From: an uncultured Arcobacter sp.
GTDB lineage: Bacteria > Campylobacterota > Campylobacteria > Campylobacterales > Arcobacteraceae
Length of the DNA stretch: 64,000 nucleotides
Direction: 5' to 3'
NCBI GenBank assembly: GCA_965140705.1
Contig: OZ223300.1
Coordinates: 1,920,001-1,984,000, forward strand
The notes under the pieces were generated by a model. It saw nothing but the letters and a program-made list of their open reading frames with translations, had not been told where the DNA came from and ran no database searches. Every line of letters starts with the position of its first letter. Position 1 is the stretch's first letter. Positions 10,351 through 20,454 of this stretch are shown piece by piece. The translations under genes were made by a program, and so were the position numbers.

Positions 10351-11029
10351 GCATATATCCTATTCCATAAATATTTTTTATGGATTCTTTCCCTATTTTT
10401 TTACGAAGCTCTTTGACAAGATATTTGATAGCTTCTTTACTTGGTGTTTCAAAGTCCCAAAGATAATCATAAATATCATCAAAACTAATGCTTTCATTTG
10501 CTCTTTTTATAAAATATTCTAATAACCTACTTTCACTTTTTGATAATTTTATCTCTTTTGAATTATAAAATGCACTTTTAGTACAGGGATTATAAATAGA
10601 CTCTAAACCTAATTTTATTTCCAAATTATTATCTACTAACTCTAAAGCTACTTCTTTAAAAGCATTTATAAGGGTATTTTTATCATAAGGCTTAGTAAGA
10701 TACTTTGTGATTTTTAATTCAACTGCTCTCCAAAGATAACTCTGTTCTGTATGAGCTGAAAGTATAATGATAGGAATTTTTTTATTTTTTAATCTTATTT
10801 GTTTTATTGCTTCAAGTCCATCCATATGTGGCATACAAATATCAAAGATAAGTACATCATAGCTATTTAACATCATCTCATCCATAGCACTCATACCATT
10901 TTCCACTGCAACAACTTTTTCAAAAAATAGCTCAAGTATCTCAACTACATTTTTACGTATACCATCTTCATCTTCGGCATAAAGTACTTTTTTGTCTGAG
11001 AGTATATCTAATGTGTTACAGTTTTCCAT
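10340..11029 (-). CDS. OmpR-family response regulator
   Basis: Receiver domain (AEDE, FDICMP, KPY) plus winged helix (NIYGIGY). Confidence 0.92.
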   Translation of the reverse strand: MENCNTLDILSDKKVLYAEDEDGIRKNVVEILELFFEKVVAVENGMSAMDEMMLNSYDVLIFDICMPHMDGLEAIKQIRLKNKKIPIIILSAHTEQSYLWRAVELKITKYLTKPYDKNTLINAFKEVALELVDNNLEIKLGLESIYNPCTKSAFYNSKEIKLSKSESRLLEYFIKRANESISFDDIYDYLWDFETPSKEAIKYLVKELRKKIGKESIKNIYGIGYMLEI

Positions 11030-11326
11030 CAACAATCCTAAAACTAAGTGACAGAATTATATCAAAAAATAAATAAACTCCCTTTAGATATAAAAAACCT
11101 GTTTTATGAAAGTTTTTACTAGAAATCTATCTTTTTGCTCTTTAGCCCTAGCTTTTAAAAATAATTCAGGTATACTGAATCCAATTGAAAGATGATTTCG
11201 AATTTCATCTATGGCCTGCTTTATATTGATAACCTTTCGTTGACAGTAAAATCACTCCACAAGATAGCTTCATAATTAGATTTTATATAGCACAAGTAAT
11301 ATTGTGTATCAACAAAAGGAATTACA

Positions 11327-11545
11327 ATGGCAGAATTAGTAAATGGATCAGTTAAATGGTTTAACAGTGAAAAAGGTTTTGGATTTATCGAACAAGAAAA
11401 TGGTGGAAAAGATGTATTCGTACATTATAGAAACATCAATAGTACGGGATATGGTAGAGTTTCATTAGAAGATGGTCAAAAAGTTACTTTCGAGGTTGCT
11501 CAAGGTGATAAAGGTCTTCAAGCAGAAAACGTTACTGCTCAATAA
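11327..11545 (+). CDS. cspA: Cold-shock protein
   Basis: [13 protein letters not shown] (RNP1) and DVFVHY (RNP2). Confidence 0.95.
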   Translation: MAELVNGSVKWFNSEKGFGFIEQENGGKDVFVHYRNINSTGYGRVSLEDGQKVTFEVAQGDKGLQAENVTAQ

Positions 11546-11555
11546 TAACCTTATT

Positions 11556-11580
11556 TTATAAGCGGACTTTCCGCTTATAA
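11556..11580. terminator. Hairpin terminator between convergent cspA and methyltransferase
   Basis: ttataagcgga-ctt-tccgcttataa perfect stem. Confidence 0.75.
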
Positions 11581-11630
11581 CTCTTCAAATATACTTTAAA
11601 AATATCAATCTATCTTTTTACAAATACATT

Positions 11631-12716
11631 CTATTTATCAACTTTTTGTGCTAAAACCCATAATTCAACTTTTTCGTTCTCTCTTGAATCAGTACGTTGT
11701 GTTTTTTTCGATGAAGCTCTTACCTCTCTTCGTAAATGCAACTCTTTTCTAAATCGATTATTATTTCGTAACTCTTCTATTATAGGATGAGAACTTTCTG
11801 TATCAACCACTTGAGCTAAATTTGAAAATATCAGAACAATTTTTCCATCAGCCTTAAGATGCTTTTGTGCTTGTTCAAAAAATCTAGGAAATAATTCTTC
11901 TTCATAATATATAGCTTTATCAAGACCTTCTTCTAGTTTATGTTTTGCTAGTAACCAAGGAGGATTAAAAACAATCAAATCAGCCATCACATCACAATTA
12001 TCAAATAAATCACCATGATTAAGTGTAATTTTGTCTTCATAACCTAATCTTTTACTCTCTTGTTCTACTCCAATAATTGCATTTTTATTTGTATCTGTTG
12101 CAAAAATATTTTCAAAACCATTTTGAATTAATTGAAATGATAAAACACCACTTCCTATTCCTATTTCAATTACTTTTTCTTTTGAACCTTCATATTTTTT
12201 TAACCATTTATCGAATAATTTCAAATGATCAAATCTGGTTGGAAAGTATGTACCATAAAAGGGATGAAGATTTATATCTAAAGTTTTAACTTCAATTCCT
12301 TTTTCATACCATTGCCAAGAACTATTCATTCCTTGAACTTCAGGGAAAGATATATAAAATTCTGAAATTTCGGGGTACAATAATTCTAACCAACCAATAT
12401 GAGGAGCTTTTTTTACAAGAAGTTTATTATCTTTTACTTTTAATAATACTCTATGTGAAGCCTCTCTAAAAGCGCTACGATAGTCTCTTTTTCCTTGAAA
12501 ACTTTTATCTTTATATTTATGTAAAAGATTTTTTTTTAGTTCAGATAAAACTTCTAATCCATTGCTGTAATACTCTTCTACAAGAACATACTTTCCTGCA
12601 ACTAGTTCGGCAACTGTTGCCTTTGTATCCATCTTACGATAGAAATGTATAGCTTCAATTTCTGAAGTTATAATACTTGGTCTATCGGGTTTGATAGATG
12701 ATAAATCTTTATTCAT
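11631..12716 (-). CDS. Class I SAM-dependent methyltransferase
   Basis: EIGIGSG motif I and FNPPW motif IV. Confidence 0.85.
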   Translation of the reverse strand: MNKDLSSIKPDRPSIITSEIEAIHFYRKMDTKATVAELVAGKYVLVEEYYSNGLEVLSELKKNLLHKYKDKSFQGKRDYRSAFREASHRVLLKVKDNKLLVKKAPHIGWLELLYPEISEFYISFPEVQGMNSSWQWYEKGIEVKTLDINLHPFYGTYFPTRFDHLKLFDKWLKKYEGSKEKVIEIGIGSGVLSFQLIQNGFENIFATDTNKNAIIGVEQESKRLGYEDKITLNHGDLFDNCDVMADLIVFNPPWLLAKHKLEEGLDKAIYYEEELFPRFFEQAQKHLKADGKIVLIFSNLAQVVDTESSHPIIEELRNNNRFRKELHLRREVRASSKKTQRTDSRENEKVELWVLAQKVDK

Positions 12717-12871
12717 ATGATTATGCCCTTTATATTGTGTTGCAGTTTATTATATAAAGGCTTTGTTATAGTTTGGTTTTTAAAGTAGTAATAATTTATA
12801 AAAAGAAGGAAATTTGAAAATTATAGTTTATTTTCAAAAGATTCCTTCTATTATCTAGTTTTAGTTATATT

Positions 12872-13567
12872 TTACCACTTAACAGGTTTAGCAAAACGAT
12901 CTAAATATTGAAGCCCTATTTTTCCTTCTTGATTAACAATAGTGTCAACAATATCACAGATTACTTCTTCAATAGAAAACTTCGCATCTTCTCCTCCCAT
13001 ATCTGTTTTAATCCATCCTGGGGCTAAAAGTAAAAGTGCATGTTCTTTACCTTTTCGTGCAGCAAAACTTCTCATAATCATATTTAGTCCTGCTTTACTT
13101 GCTCGATAAACGTCATTACCACCATTTTCATTATCAGAAATACTTCCTTGTCCTGAAGACATCACACCAAAAACTCCACCTTTGTGAACTTTTTCAATAA
13201 GTTGTTCAACTATTCTCATAGGAGAAAGAGTATTTGTTACCATAACTTTGACAAATTCTTCAGTTGAAACTTCACCAATTGTTTCTTTCATGCCCTTTTC
13301 ATTTACAGCACCTGCGTTAACAAAAACAAGATCTAATTCTTCTTCTCTAAAATTAGATTTAATAGCTTCTATTTGAGCAGGTATTGTTATATCAAGATAT
13401 TGTATTTGAAGTTTATCTTTCCATTTTTCAGCCAAATCATGAAGTTTTGTTCTCTTACCTTCTCGTACAGTTCCAATTACATTCCAATTTCGTTTTAATA
13501 GCTCTTCTACAATAGCAAAGCCAATTCCTCTTGAAGAACCAATTATAAGTGCAGTTTTACTTTTCAT
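12872..13567 (-). CDS. Short-chain dehydrogenase/reductase (CsgA-like)
   Basis: GSSRGIG, VNAG, YRASK, PGWIKTDMGG. Confidence 0.9.
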   Translation of the reverse strand: MKSKTALIIGSSRGIGFAIVEELLKRNWNVIGTVREGKRTKLHDLAEKWKDKLQIQYLDITIPAQIEAIKSNFREEELDLVFVNAGAVNEKGMKETIGEVSTEEFVKVMVTNTLSPMRIVEQLIEKVHKGGVFGVMSSGQGSISDNENGGNDVYRASKAGLNMIMRSFAARKGKEHALLLLAPGWIKTDMGGEDAKFSIEEVICDIVDTIVNQEGKIGLQYLDRFAKPVKW

Positions 13568-13731
13568 TATCTCTTTTCTCTCTTTATAAAATATCTTATC
13601 TTTCTATTTAAATATTCTACATCTAACACCCTAAAAAAGTTTAATAAAAATTTTAAATTTTATAGATAATATATATAAATTATATATTTTATGCTATTAT
13701 TTTATTATAAAAATTATTTGGAGAAAATATA

Positions 13732-14211
13732 ATGTCAAAGCTACTTAATCAAAATGATAAAGTTGTATGTGAAAATATTGTTAAAACTAGTGATTCTATT
13801 GATGCAAAAAGAGCAAAAGCTTTATTGCTAATTGATGAAGGAAGTACTCAAGCTAAAGCAGCTGAAAGTTCGACTCTTAGTATAGGACAAGTTAAATATA
13901 TCCTTACAAAATATAAATCAATAGGTATAGCATTTTTCCCTGCTGAACTTACAGTATTAAAAGAAGAAACTGTATCTGTCGAAACTAAAGAAAATACAAA
14001 TATATCTAAGGCAATAGATAAAATTAAAGATGTAAAAGAAGTAATTGATGAAAAAAAACCTCAAGTTGAGAAAAAGATAAAAAAAGATAAAAAAATTAAG
14101 AAAGAAAAAACAGATAAAAAAATTAAGAAAGAAAATTCTAAAAAAATTAAAAAAATTAAGAAAATTAAGAAAATTTCAAAAAAGAAAGATAAAAAAAACA
14201 AGAAAAAGTAA
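13732..14211 (+). CDS. HTH protein with lysine-rich C-terminal tail
   Basis: RAKALLLIDEGSTQAKAAE.. HTH-like segment followed by KKIKK repeats; GGAG RBS. Confidence 0.7.
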   Translation: MSKLLNQNDKVVCENIVKTSDSIDAKRAKALLLIDEGSTQAKAAESSTLSIGQVKYILTKYKSIGIAFFPAELTVLKEETVSVETKENTNISKAIDKIKDVKEVIDEKKPQVEKKIKKDKKIKKEKTDKKIKKENSKKIKKIKKIKKISKKKDKKNKKK

Positions 14212-14214
14212 TCT

Positions 14215-14248
14215 AAAAAAGGGGAGAGAATAAGTTTGCTCCCTTTTT
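14215..14248. terminator. Probable bidirectional terminator
   Basis: aaaaaaggggag...ctcccttttt stem between convergent ORFs. Confidence 0.6.
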
Positions 14249-14277
14249 ATCTCAATTAACTTATAAAAAAAAGCAGC

Positions 14278-14427
14278 TTAGTTATTTTCATCAGTAGGTG
14301 TAGAGTTATCTTCTAGAGTCTCATCAGTATTGTTTTGTGCCTCTTTTTTCTTACGTTTTTCTTCTTTCTTTTTTTGCTTTTCTAATTCTCTAGCTCGTTT
14401 TTCATAATTGTAATTTATTTTAGCCAT
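14278..14427 (-). CDS. Small basic/acidic hypothetical protein (49 aa)
   Basis: Hand translation MAKINYNYEKRARELEKQKKKEEKRKKKEAQNNTDETLEDNSTPTDENN; AAGGA RBS; below ORF-track cutoff. Confidence 0.7.
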   Translation of the reverse strand: MAKINYNYEKRARELEKQKKKEEKRKKKEAQNNTDETLEDNSTPTDENN

Positions 14428-14650
14428 TTAGCATCCTTTATTTATTGATTATAGACCTATCTTATCATATTATTTTGTCTATACTATTAAATATGATTAG
14501 AGATTATTTTTTCTATAGATTTCTTCTTGTTATTTTAGTTTTAAAAGAATAGGAATAATTAGATAAAGTCTAAAATAATTATCTTTTTTAAAAACTCTTT
14601 ATTTTTTTATTTTTTTATTTTTTATGTTAAAATAATAACAAAGGGTTAAA

Positions 14651-15253
14651 ATGAGAATATTTGAAATAGAAGAAAAAATGATTTGTGAATGTTCAAAAGC
14701 ACTTTTATTAGCTTTAAAACAAAAAGATGAACATACACAAATGCATTCACAAAGAGTTGTTGCTATTTCTGAAGAATTAGGTATTAAAATAGGATTAGAT
14801 AAAACTCAAATAAAAATTCTCCGTATTAGTGCAGCATTTCATGATATAGGCAAAATTGGTATCCCAGATAGAATATTATTAAAAACTACGCCTTTTGATG
14901 ATGAAGAGTGGCAAATTATGCAAAGTCATACTTTAAAAAGTGAAGAAATAGCAAAAAGCATGCATTTTGAAGATAGTGAAATAATAGCTGATGCGGTTAG
15001 ACATCACCATGAATACTATAATGGAAAAGGCTATCCTGATAAACTCAAAGGTAATGAAATATCTATATATTCACGCATACTTTCCCTTGCAGATAGTTAT
15101 GATGCAATGGCATCACCTAGACCTTATCATGATAAACGAAGTCATAATGAAATCATGTCAATTTTAGAATCAGAAAATGAAATAAAACATGATCCTAAAT
15201 TATTTAAAAAATTTAAAGTACTTATTGAAAAAAGTAAATTTAAAGTAGATTAA
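14651..15253 (+). CDS. HD-GYP c-di-GMP phosphodiesterase
   Basis: HSQRV, HDIGKIGIP, HHE...GKGYP. Confidence 0.9.
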   Translation: MRIFEIEEKMICECSKALLLALKQKDEHTQMHSQRVVAISEELGIKIGLDKTQIKILRISAAFHDIGKIGIPDRILLKTTPFDDEEWQIMQSHTLKSEEIAKSMHFEDSEIIADAVRHHHEYYNGKGYPDKLKGNEISIYSRILSLADSYDAMASPRPYHDKRSHNEIMSILESENEIKHDPKLFKKFKVLIEKSKFKVD

Positions 15254-15717
15254 TTTCTTAGCGTAGCAATTAATCTATTTGAATCATTTAAAAAAGAAAA
15301 TACATCAAAAATCGATTTTACTAAAATATCAGAATTCAACAAGGTATCCGTGCACAAACCTTCATCTTGTAAAATAGCAATACCCAAAATAGATTCTTTT
15401 AACATCAACTTATCATTTCGTCCATTTCCCACACTTAAAGTAGTAGAAGAACCTAAGCTTTTAATAAAATCTAATTTACTAATATCTTGTGAAGACTTTG
15501 CTATTTTAATAACTTCACAATTTGTATTTTCAAGTTCTTTTTCCACACTTCCATAAGTATCAGCAGTAATTACATAAAAATTAAAAGATTTTGAAAGTTC
15601 ATTTATACTCTTTTCAATCCCCTCAATTAATTTACCATCAATAGCAATTGTACCATTATAATCAAATACAATATTTTGAATCTCTACTTCTTCTCTTCCT
15701 GGAATATTTACTTTCAT
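15250..15717 (-). CDS. HAD-superfamily hydrolase (soluble P-type ATPase-like)
   Basis: FDYNGT, TADTYG, GNGRND motifs. Confidence 0.85.
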   Translation of the reverse strand: MKVNIPGREEVEIQNIVFDYNGTIAIDGKLIEGIEKSINELSKSFNFYVITADTYGSVEKELENTNCEVIKIAKSSQDISKLDFIKSLGSSTTLSVGNGRNDKLMLKESILGIAILQDEGLCTDTLLNSDILVKSIFDVFSFLNDSNRLIATLRN

Positions 15718-16601
15718 TTTTTATCCTTTTTACTAACTAAAATACCACCAATTACAATAAGAATAATACCTAAAAAAGTATACATATCTGGTAGTAAGTC
15801 TCCTAACAAATACCCAAACCCAATGGCAAAAGGGATATTAGTATAACTTACAACTCCAATAATGCTTGCCCTGCTAAGACTATAAGCACGGGTGAGAAAC
15901 CATTGTGAAGCAGTAGAAATTATTGCCATCAAAATTAAAAGAGCCCAAATATATAGTTCTAAATGTATTTTAAAGTGAACATAAGGAGTGAATAAAAAAA
16001 GTCCAATTGGAATAATAATACCAACTCCCATAAATGAAAGCATAATAACTCTTGCATCATAAATATCTTTTATTTTTTTAATAGTTGCATATGCTGCTGC
16101 TGCAAAAAATCCACCTAAAACTCCTAAAATATGCTCATACGATATCTCCATACCAAAAGGCTTCATAATAAATATAATTCCAATAAATCCAAGAATAAGA
16201 GCAAAAAAAGTATTAAGATTTATTTTTTCTTTCATCAAATAATAAGCCAGTATTGTCACAAAAAAAGGTGAGGTTTTATTTAAAACAACAGCTTCTCCCA
16301 AAGGAATAGTAGCAATTGTATAAAAAAACAATAGCATTGCTAAGCTTCCAAATAATCCCCTTAAAAAAAGTAAATGTAATTTTGACATATCAACTGATAC
16401 ATGAAATTTTTTTATACTAAATAAGATAATTATAACCCCTATTAAATTTCTGTAAAATACTATCTCAATAGGATCCATACTCTCAGATAAAAGCTTTGCC
16501 AAGGCTCCATTAACAGCTCCAAGTAAGGCACTTAAAAGCATAAATAAAACACCCTTGTCTATTAATTTTAGCTTTGATAAAGTTGTTTGTCTATTTGGCA
16601 T
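15714..16601 (-). CDS. DMT/EamA family transporter
   Basis: ~10 TM helices in two EamA repeats. Confidence 0.88.
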   Translation of the reverse strand: MPNRQTTLSKLKLIDKGVLFMLLSALLGAVNGALAKLLSESMDPIEIVFYRNLIGVIIILFSIKKFHVSVDMSKLHLLFLRGLFGSLAMLLFFYTIATIPLGEAVVLNKTSPFFVTILAYYLMKEKINLNTFFALILGFIGIIFIMKPFGMEISYEHILGVLGGFFAAAAYATIKKIKDIYDARVIMLSFMGVGIIIPIGLFLFTPYVHFKIHLELYIWALLILMAIISTASQWFLTRAYSLSRASIIGVVSYTNIPFAIGFGYLLGDLLPDMYTFLGIILIVIGGILVSKKDKK

Positions 16602-17355
16602 TTTCTAAATCCATAAACCACAACTTACAGATGTGTTTGTATATGTTGATATAAGAATGAAGTTTTTGCATATCCATTTTATTTACTTTTTTTTGATAAC
16701 TTTTCAATAGAATTTTTTCCTCTTTTTTATTTAATGTAAATTCAAAACATAAAGTCGCCAAATCAAAAAAACTATCGTTGACTCCTGAATATTCCCAATC
16801 AATAAACTTGATACAATTTTTATGAAAAATAATATTTTTAGGATTTAAATCATGGTGAGTAGTCACTAATCTCTTTTTATACTTTTTCAATACTTTTAAT
16901 TCTTTTTTACAAATACTTATACTTTTTCGTGCTTCTTTAGTATTAAGAGTTTCTTTATAATAATTCAATGGTTTTTTAAAATCATATGGATTCACATTAC
17001 TTTTTATACTATGTAGTTTTTTAACCATTTTAGCTAAATGTTTTATCTCTTGAGTAGTGATACTTTTTTTATGCTTACCTTTTAAAAATTCACACACCAT
17101 AAAGTTTTTATCTTTATCCAAAAATAGTGGTTTTGCAGCAATACCTTTTTTATATGCCTTTTTTTGAACTTCAAACTCAAACTCTCTATTAATATTGACT
17201 GTTTCATTACTTATGAACTCTCTTATAAGATAAGTTTTTTTAGATGTTTTTAACTTATAGTTTATATTACAATACCCCTGATTTTTAAGTAGTTTGAGAC
17301 TTAATAGTATCTCATCTTTAAATATTTTATACTGCTTTAACTTCTGTATAGTCAT
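16591..17355 (-). CDS. Choline/thiamine kinase-like phosphotransferase
   Basis: HHDLNPKN and IDWEY motifs; coupled to a PnuC gene. Confidence 0.82.
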   Translation of the reverse strand: MTIQKLKQYKIFKDEILLSLKLLKNQGYCNINYKLKTSKKTYLIREFISNETVNINREFEFEVQKKAYKKGIAAKPLFLDKDKNFMVCEFLKGKHKKSITTQEIKHLAKMVKKLHSIKSNVNPYDFKKPLNYYKETLNTKEARKSISICKKELKVLKKYKKRLVTTHHDLNPKNIIFHKNCIKFIDWEYSGVNDSFFDLATLCFEFTLNKKEEKILLKSYQKKVNKMDMQKLHSYINIYKHICKLWFMDLENAK

Positions 17356-17947
17356 ACTCTTCTTTCCAATTTTTATAAGCTATAAAAGCTAATATAGTAT
17401 AAATTACAAACAATATTGCTGTTAGATTAAGACCTTTTTGAATATATATATAAATAGAAATAGCATCAATTACAATCCAATAAATCCAATTCTCTAATAC
17501 TTTTTTAGCAAGCATATAGGTTGCAAAAAGTGCAAATACAGTAGTAAAAGAATCCGTATAAGCAAAACTTGCAGTAGTATAATTTGCCATAATATATCCA
17601 ACACCTAATGAAATAAGAAAAAGAAGGCAAATAATTTTAATATTTTTATTTATACCATAAGATGTAACTTCCAACTCTTTTTCTTCAACTTTTCCACCAT
17701 ACTTCCAAGAGTACCAACCATAAATAGCCATCAGAAGATAATATACATTTAAAAAAGAGTCCATAAGTAAAGAAACATTAAAAAATAAAATAGTATAAAT
17801 CAATGTAGATATAAATGCAGCAGGCCAACACCAAAGACTTTGTCTAATAGCAAGAAGAATGTAAGCGATTGCTAAAAGCATCGCTATAGCTTCATAAGTT
17901 GTAAGTACATTAAGGGATTCAATAGTATTTTGTAAAAAATCTGAAAT
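17327..17947 (-). CDS. pnuC: PnuC-family vitamin transporter (PnuC/PnuT)
   Basis: WCWP, YGWYSW, KKVLENWIYW motifs; frame stays open upstream of ATG 17881 to an ATT at 17947 that has an AAAAGGA RBS (start uncertain). Confidence 0.85.
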   Translation of the reverse strand: MSDFLQNTIESLNVLTTYEAIAMLLAIAYILLAIRQSLWCWPAAFISTLIYTILFFNVSLLMDSFLNVYYLLMAIYGWYSWKYGGKVEEKELEVTSYGINKNIKIICLLFLISLGVGYIMANYTTASFAYTDSFTTVFALFATYMLAKKVLENWIYWIVIDAISIYIYIQKGLNLTAILFVIYTILAFIAYKNWKEEYDYTEVKAV

Positions 17948-18133
17948 AAAGTATCCTTTTGAAAATAAAGTAGTATTTATTGGCGAATTATAGCTTTATC
18001 TGTTTTAAATTTTATAAATTTTGTCTATTACTATGTTGTTCTAAATTTCATGAAAAGTATAAAAGAGCACTTAATAAATAATATTAATATTATTTGTTAT
18101 AATCATGTTATACTTTTATAGGTGAAATACAAC

Positions 18134-18958
18134 ATGAAACTAATAATATTAATATTATCAATCTTTCTTTTTTCAAATTTTTGTGTTGCTCAAGAAAATT
18201 CAATTAAAATAGGTATTGCACCTCACTCATCCACTAGAATAATTTTACAATCACATCAAGATTTAAGAATTTTTTTACAAAAATACTTTAAAAGACCTGT
18301 TCAAATCTTAACAGCAAAAAATTTTAGCGAATTTACTAAGCGTTCAAATCAAGGGACATATTATGATTTGATTTTAACTTCACCAAATTTAGCAGTTCTT
18401 GCTGAAAGATTAGGGGGATACACTCCTTTAATGACTTATACCAAGGGTTTATCAACTATTATTCTAGCCACAAATAAAGATATTTTAAAAAGTAAAAAAC
18501 TACCTCTTAAAGTTATTGGATTAGATCCTGTCTCTTTTCCAACATTAGATGCCCAAGAGTGGTTAGATAAAAAAGGCTTTGTAGATGGTGATAAAGTAAA
18601 ATATTCATACACCAGTGCATCAGATAGTTCAATATCTATACTTCTAAATAATAACGCTGATATGATAATTTTATCTTTACCAAATTACATAAAACTTATG
18701 ACAAAAAAGACTAAAGACTTAGTACATATAATATATCAAAGTAAACCAAAGCCAAGTAGGATATATCTAGCAAAAAGTGCAAATGGTATTACTTTAGAAG
18801 AGTGGGAAAAAGCATTAGATGAATTTTCAAAATCTCCAGAAGGTAAAAGGCTTTTGGAAGTAACAAAACTTGAAGGATTTAAGAAAATAAAACCAGAAGA
18901 TTTAGATAACTTAGATTCAATAGTAGCTAAAACTATGGAAAGGTTATACAATAAATGA
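18134..18958 (+). CDS. PhnD/phosphonate-binding-like periplasmic substrate-binding protein
   Basis: Signal peptide, IKIGIAPH...RPVQILTAKNFSEF pattern; overlaps the start of the kinase gene. Confidence 0.72.
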   Translation: MKLIILILSIFLFSNFCVAQENSIKIGIAPHSSTRIILQSHQDLRIFLQKYFKRPVQILTAKNFSEFTKRSNQGTYYDLILTSPNLAVLAERLGGYTPLMTYTKGLSTIILATNKDILKSKKLPLKVIGLDPVSFPTLDAQEWLDKKGFVDGDKVKYSYTSASDSSISILLNNNADMIILSLPNYIKLMTKKTKDLVHIIYQSKPKPSRIYLAKSANGITLEEWEKALDEFSKSPEGKRLLEVTKLEGFKKIKPEDLDNLDSIVAKTMERLYNK

Positions 18959-20451
18959 GAGTATCTTTAGCTTGGAAATGGGTAATTGCAAGTTTGATAA
19001 TTGAAAGTTTAATGCTTACATTAATGGTATTAAAAAATGTAAATCAATTAGAAACAAACTTATCAACTCAAACAAATATAAGACTAGATGAACAAAAAAT
19101 ATTATTAAAAAGTGCCCTAATTGCACCTATCGTTCAGATGGATTATGCCACAATCAATGCAATATTAAATGAGACAAAAAAAATTCCAACAGTAGATTAT
19201 TTAGCAGTTTTAGATAATCAAAATAATTGTATAAGCAGTGTTGGTTGGGATAGTTGTAAAAATTTACCAAAAAAAGAAGATAATCCCTTTAGTAAAAAAT
19301 CATTGAAGGATGAAAGATTTGATACAAATATTCCTATATCTTTATTTTCAGAACCATTAGGTAAAGTCTATTTAGGACTCTCTACAAAATTTTACATCCA
19401 AGCAAAAAAAGAGATGATTACTCGTAGTATTATTATTGCATTGATAGAATTAATATTATCAGCAATTTTACTTATAGCAATTAGTAAATGGATTACAAAA
19501 AACCTAGTTAAATTAACTCATAGTGCAAATGCTATTGCCCATGGAGACTATTCACAAAGAATAAATCTAGGTGATAGTATAGAGACCTTTGAATTACAAG
19601 AATCTTTTAATCTTATGGCAAAAAATATTGAAAAAAGTATAGCTGATTTAAAATATTTAAATAAAAAAGAAAAAAAACTATTTGAAAATCTAAAATCGCA
19701 AGTTGAAAAAAATCATGAACAAGATATTCTTCTAAAACATCAATCAAGAATGGCAATTATTGGTGAGATGCTTAACAATATTGCACATCAATGGAGACAA
19801 CCTCTAAGTGCTATTACCATTCAAATGAGTAGCTTAAAACTAAGAGAAGAGCTAAATCTTTTAGAAGAGAATGAGATAGGAAATACAGCAGATAGTGTTA
19901 TGAAATATGCAAACTATCTAAGTGGTACGATTGATGATTTTAGAGATTATATAAGAGATGACAATAATAAAAAAGAGTATTTTAATATTGAAACTTCTTT
20001 AGATAAAGCTATTGATATAGTATCTGCATCTTTAAATAATAATTTTATCACATTAAATATTGTTCGCCTTGAAGAGGAACTATTAATAAATGGTGTAATA
20101 AATGAGTTAACTCAAGTTTTTATAAATATTCTTAATAATTCAAAAGATATATTAAATGAAAATAATGTAAAAGATAAATTTATAGAAGTCAAGTTCTTAA
20201 AAAAAGATAATGATATAACTATAACCATTCAAGATAATGCAGGTGGTGTTAAAGAAGATATTATTGATAAAATATTTGACCCATACTTTACTACAAAATA
20301 TAAAAGTCAAGGTACAGGAATAGGATTATACATGAGTGCAAAAATTATTCATGAACATTTCTCAGGTGAGATACTTGTTAAAAATGAAAATATAGACTTT
20401 AATGACAAAACTTATATAGGTGCAAAATTCTTTATAATTTTACCAATATAA
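18955..20451 (+). CDS. HAMP sensor histidine kinase
   Basis: TM-periplasmic-TM-HAMP, IAHQWRQPL, DNAGG, GTGIGLY. Confidence 0.92.
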   Translation: MRVSLAWKWVIASLIIESLMLTLMVLKNVNQLETNLSTQTNIRLDEQKILLKSALIAPIVQMDYATINAILNETKKIPTVDYLAVLDNQNNCISSVGWDSCKNLPKKEDNPFSKKSLKDERFDTNIPISLFSEPLGKVYLGLSTKFYIQAKKEMITRSIIIALIELILSAILLIAISKWITKNLVKLTHSANAIAHGDYSQRINLGDSIETFELQESFNLMAKNIEKSIADLKYLNKKEKKLFENLKSQVEKNHEQDILLKHQSRMAIIGEMLNNIAHQWRQPLSAITIQMSSLKLREELNLLEENEIGNTADSVMKYANYLSGTIDDFRDYIRDDNNKKEYFNIETSLDKAIDIVSASLNNNFITLNIVRLEEELLINGVINELTQVFINILNNSKDILNENNVKDKFIEVKFLKKDNDITITIQDNAGGVKEDIIDKIFDPYFTTKYKSQGTGIGLYMSAKIIHEHFSGEILVKNENIDFNDKTYIGAKFFIILPI

Positions 20452-20454
20452 GTT

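Noticed and set aside
11160..11326. cspA 5'-UTR thermosensor RNA
   Set aside because: A long leader is plausible, but I cannot verify the structure or family match by eye
17948..18120. TPP riboswitch upstream of pnuC
   Set aside because: No CTGAGA-type conserved core is visible on the minus strand
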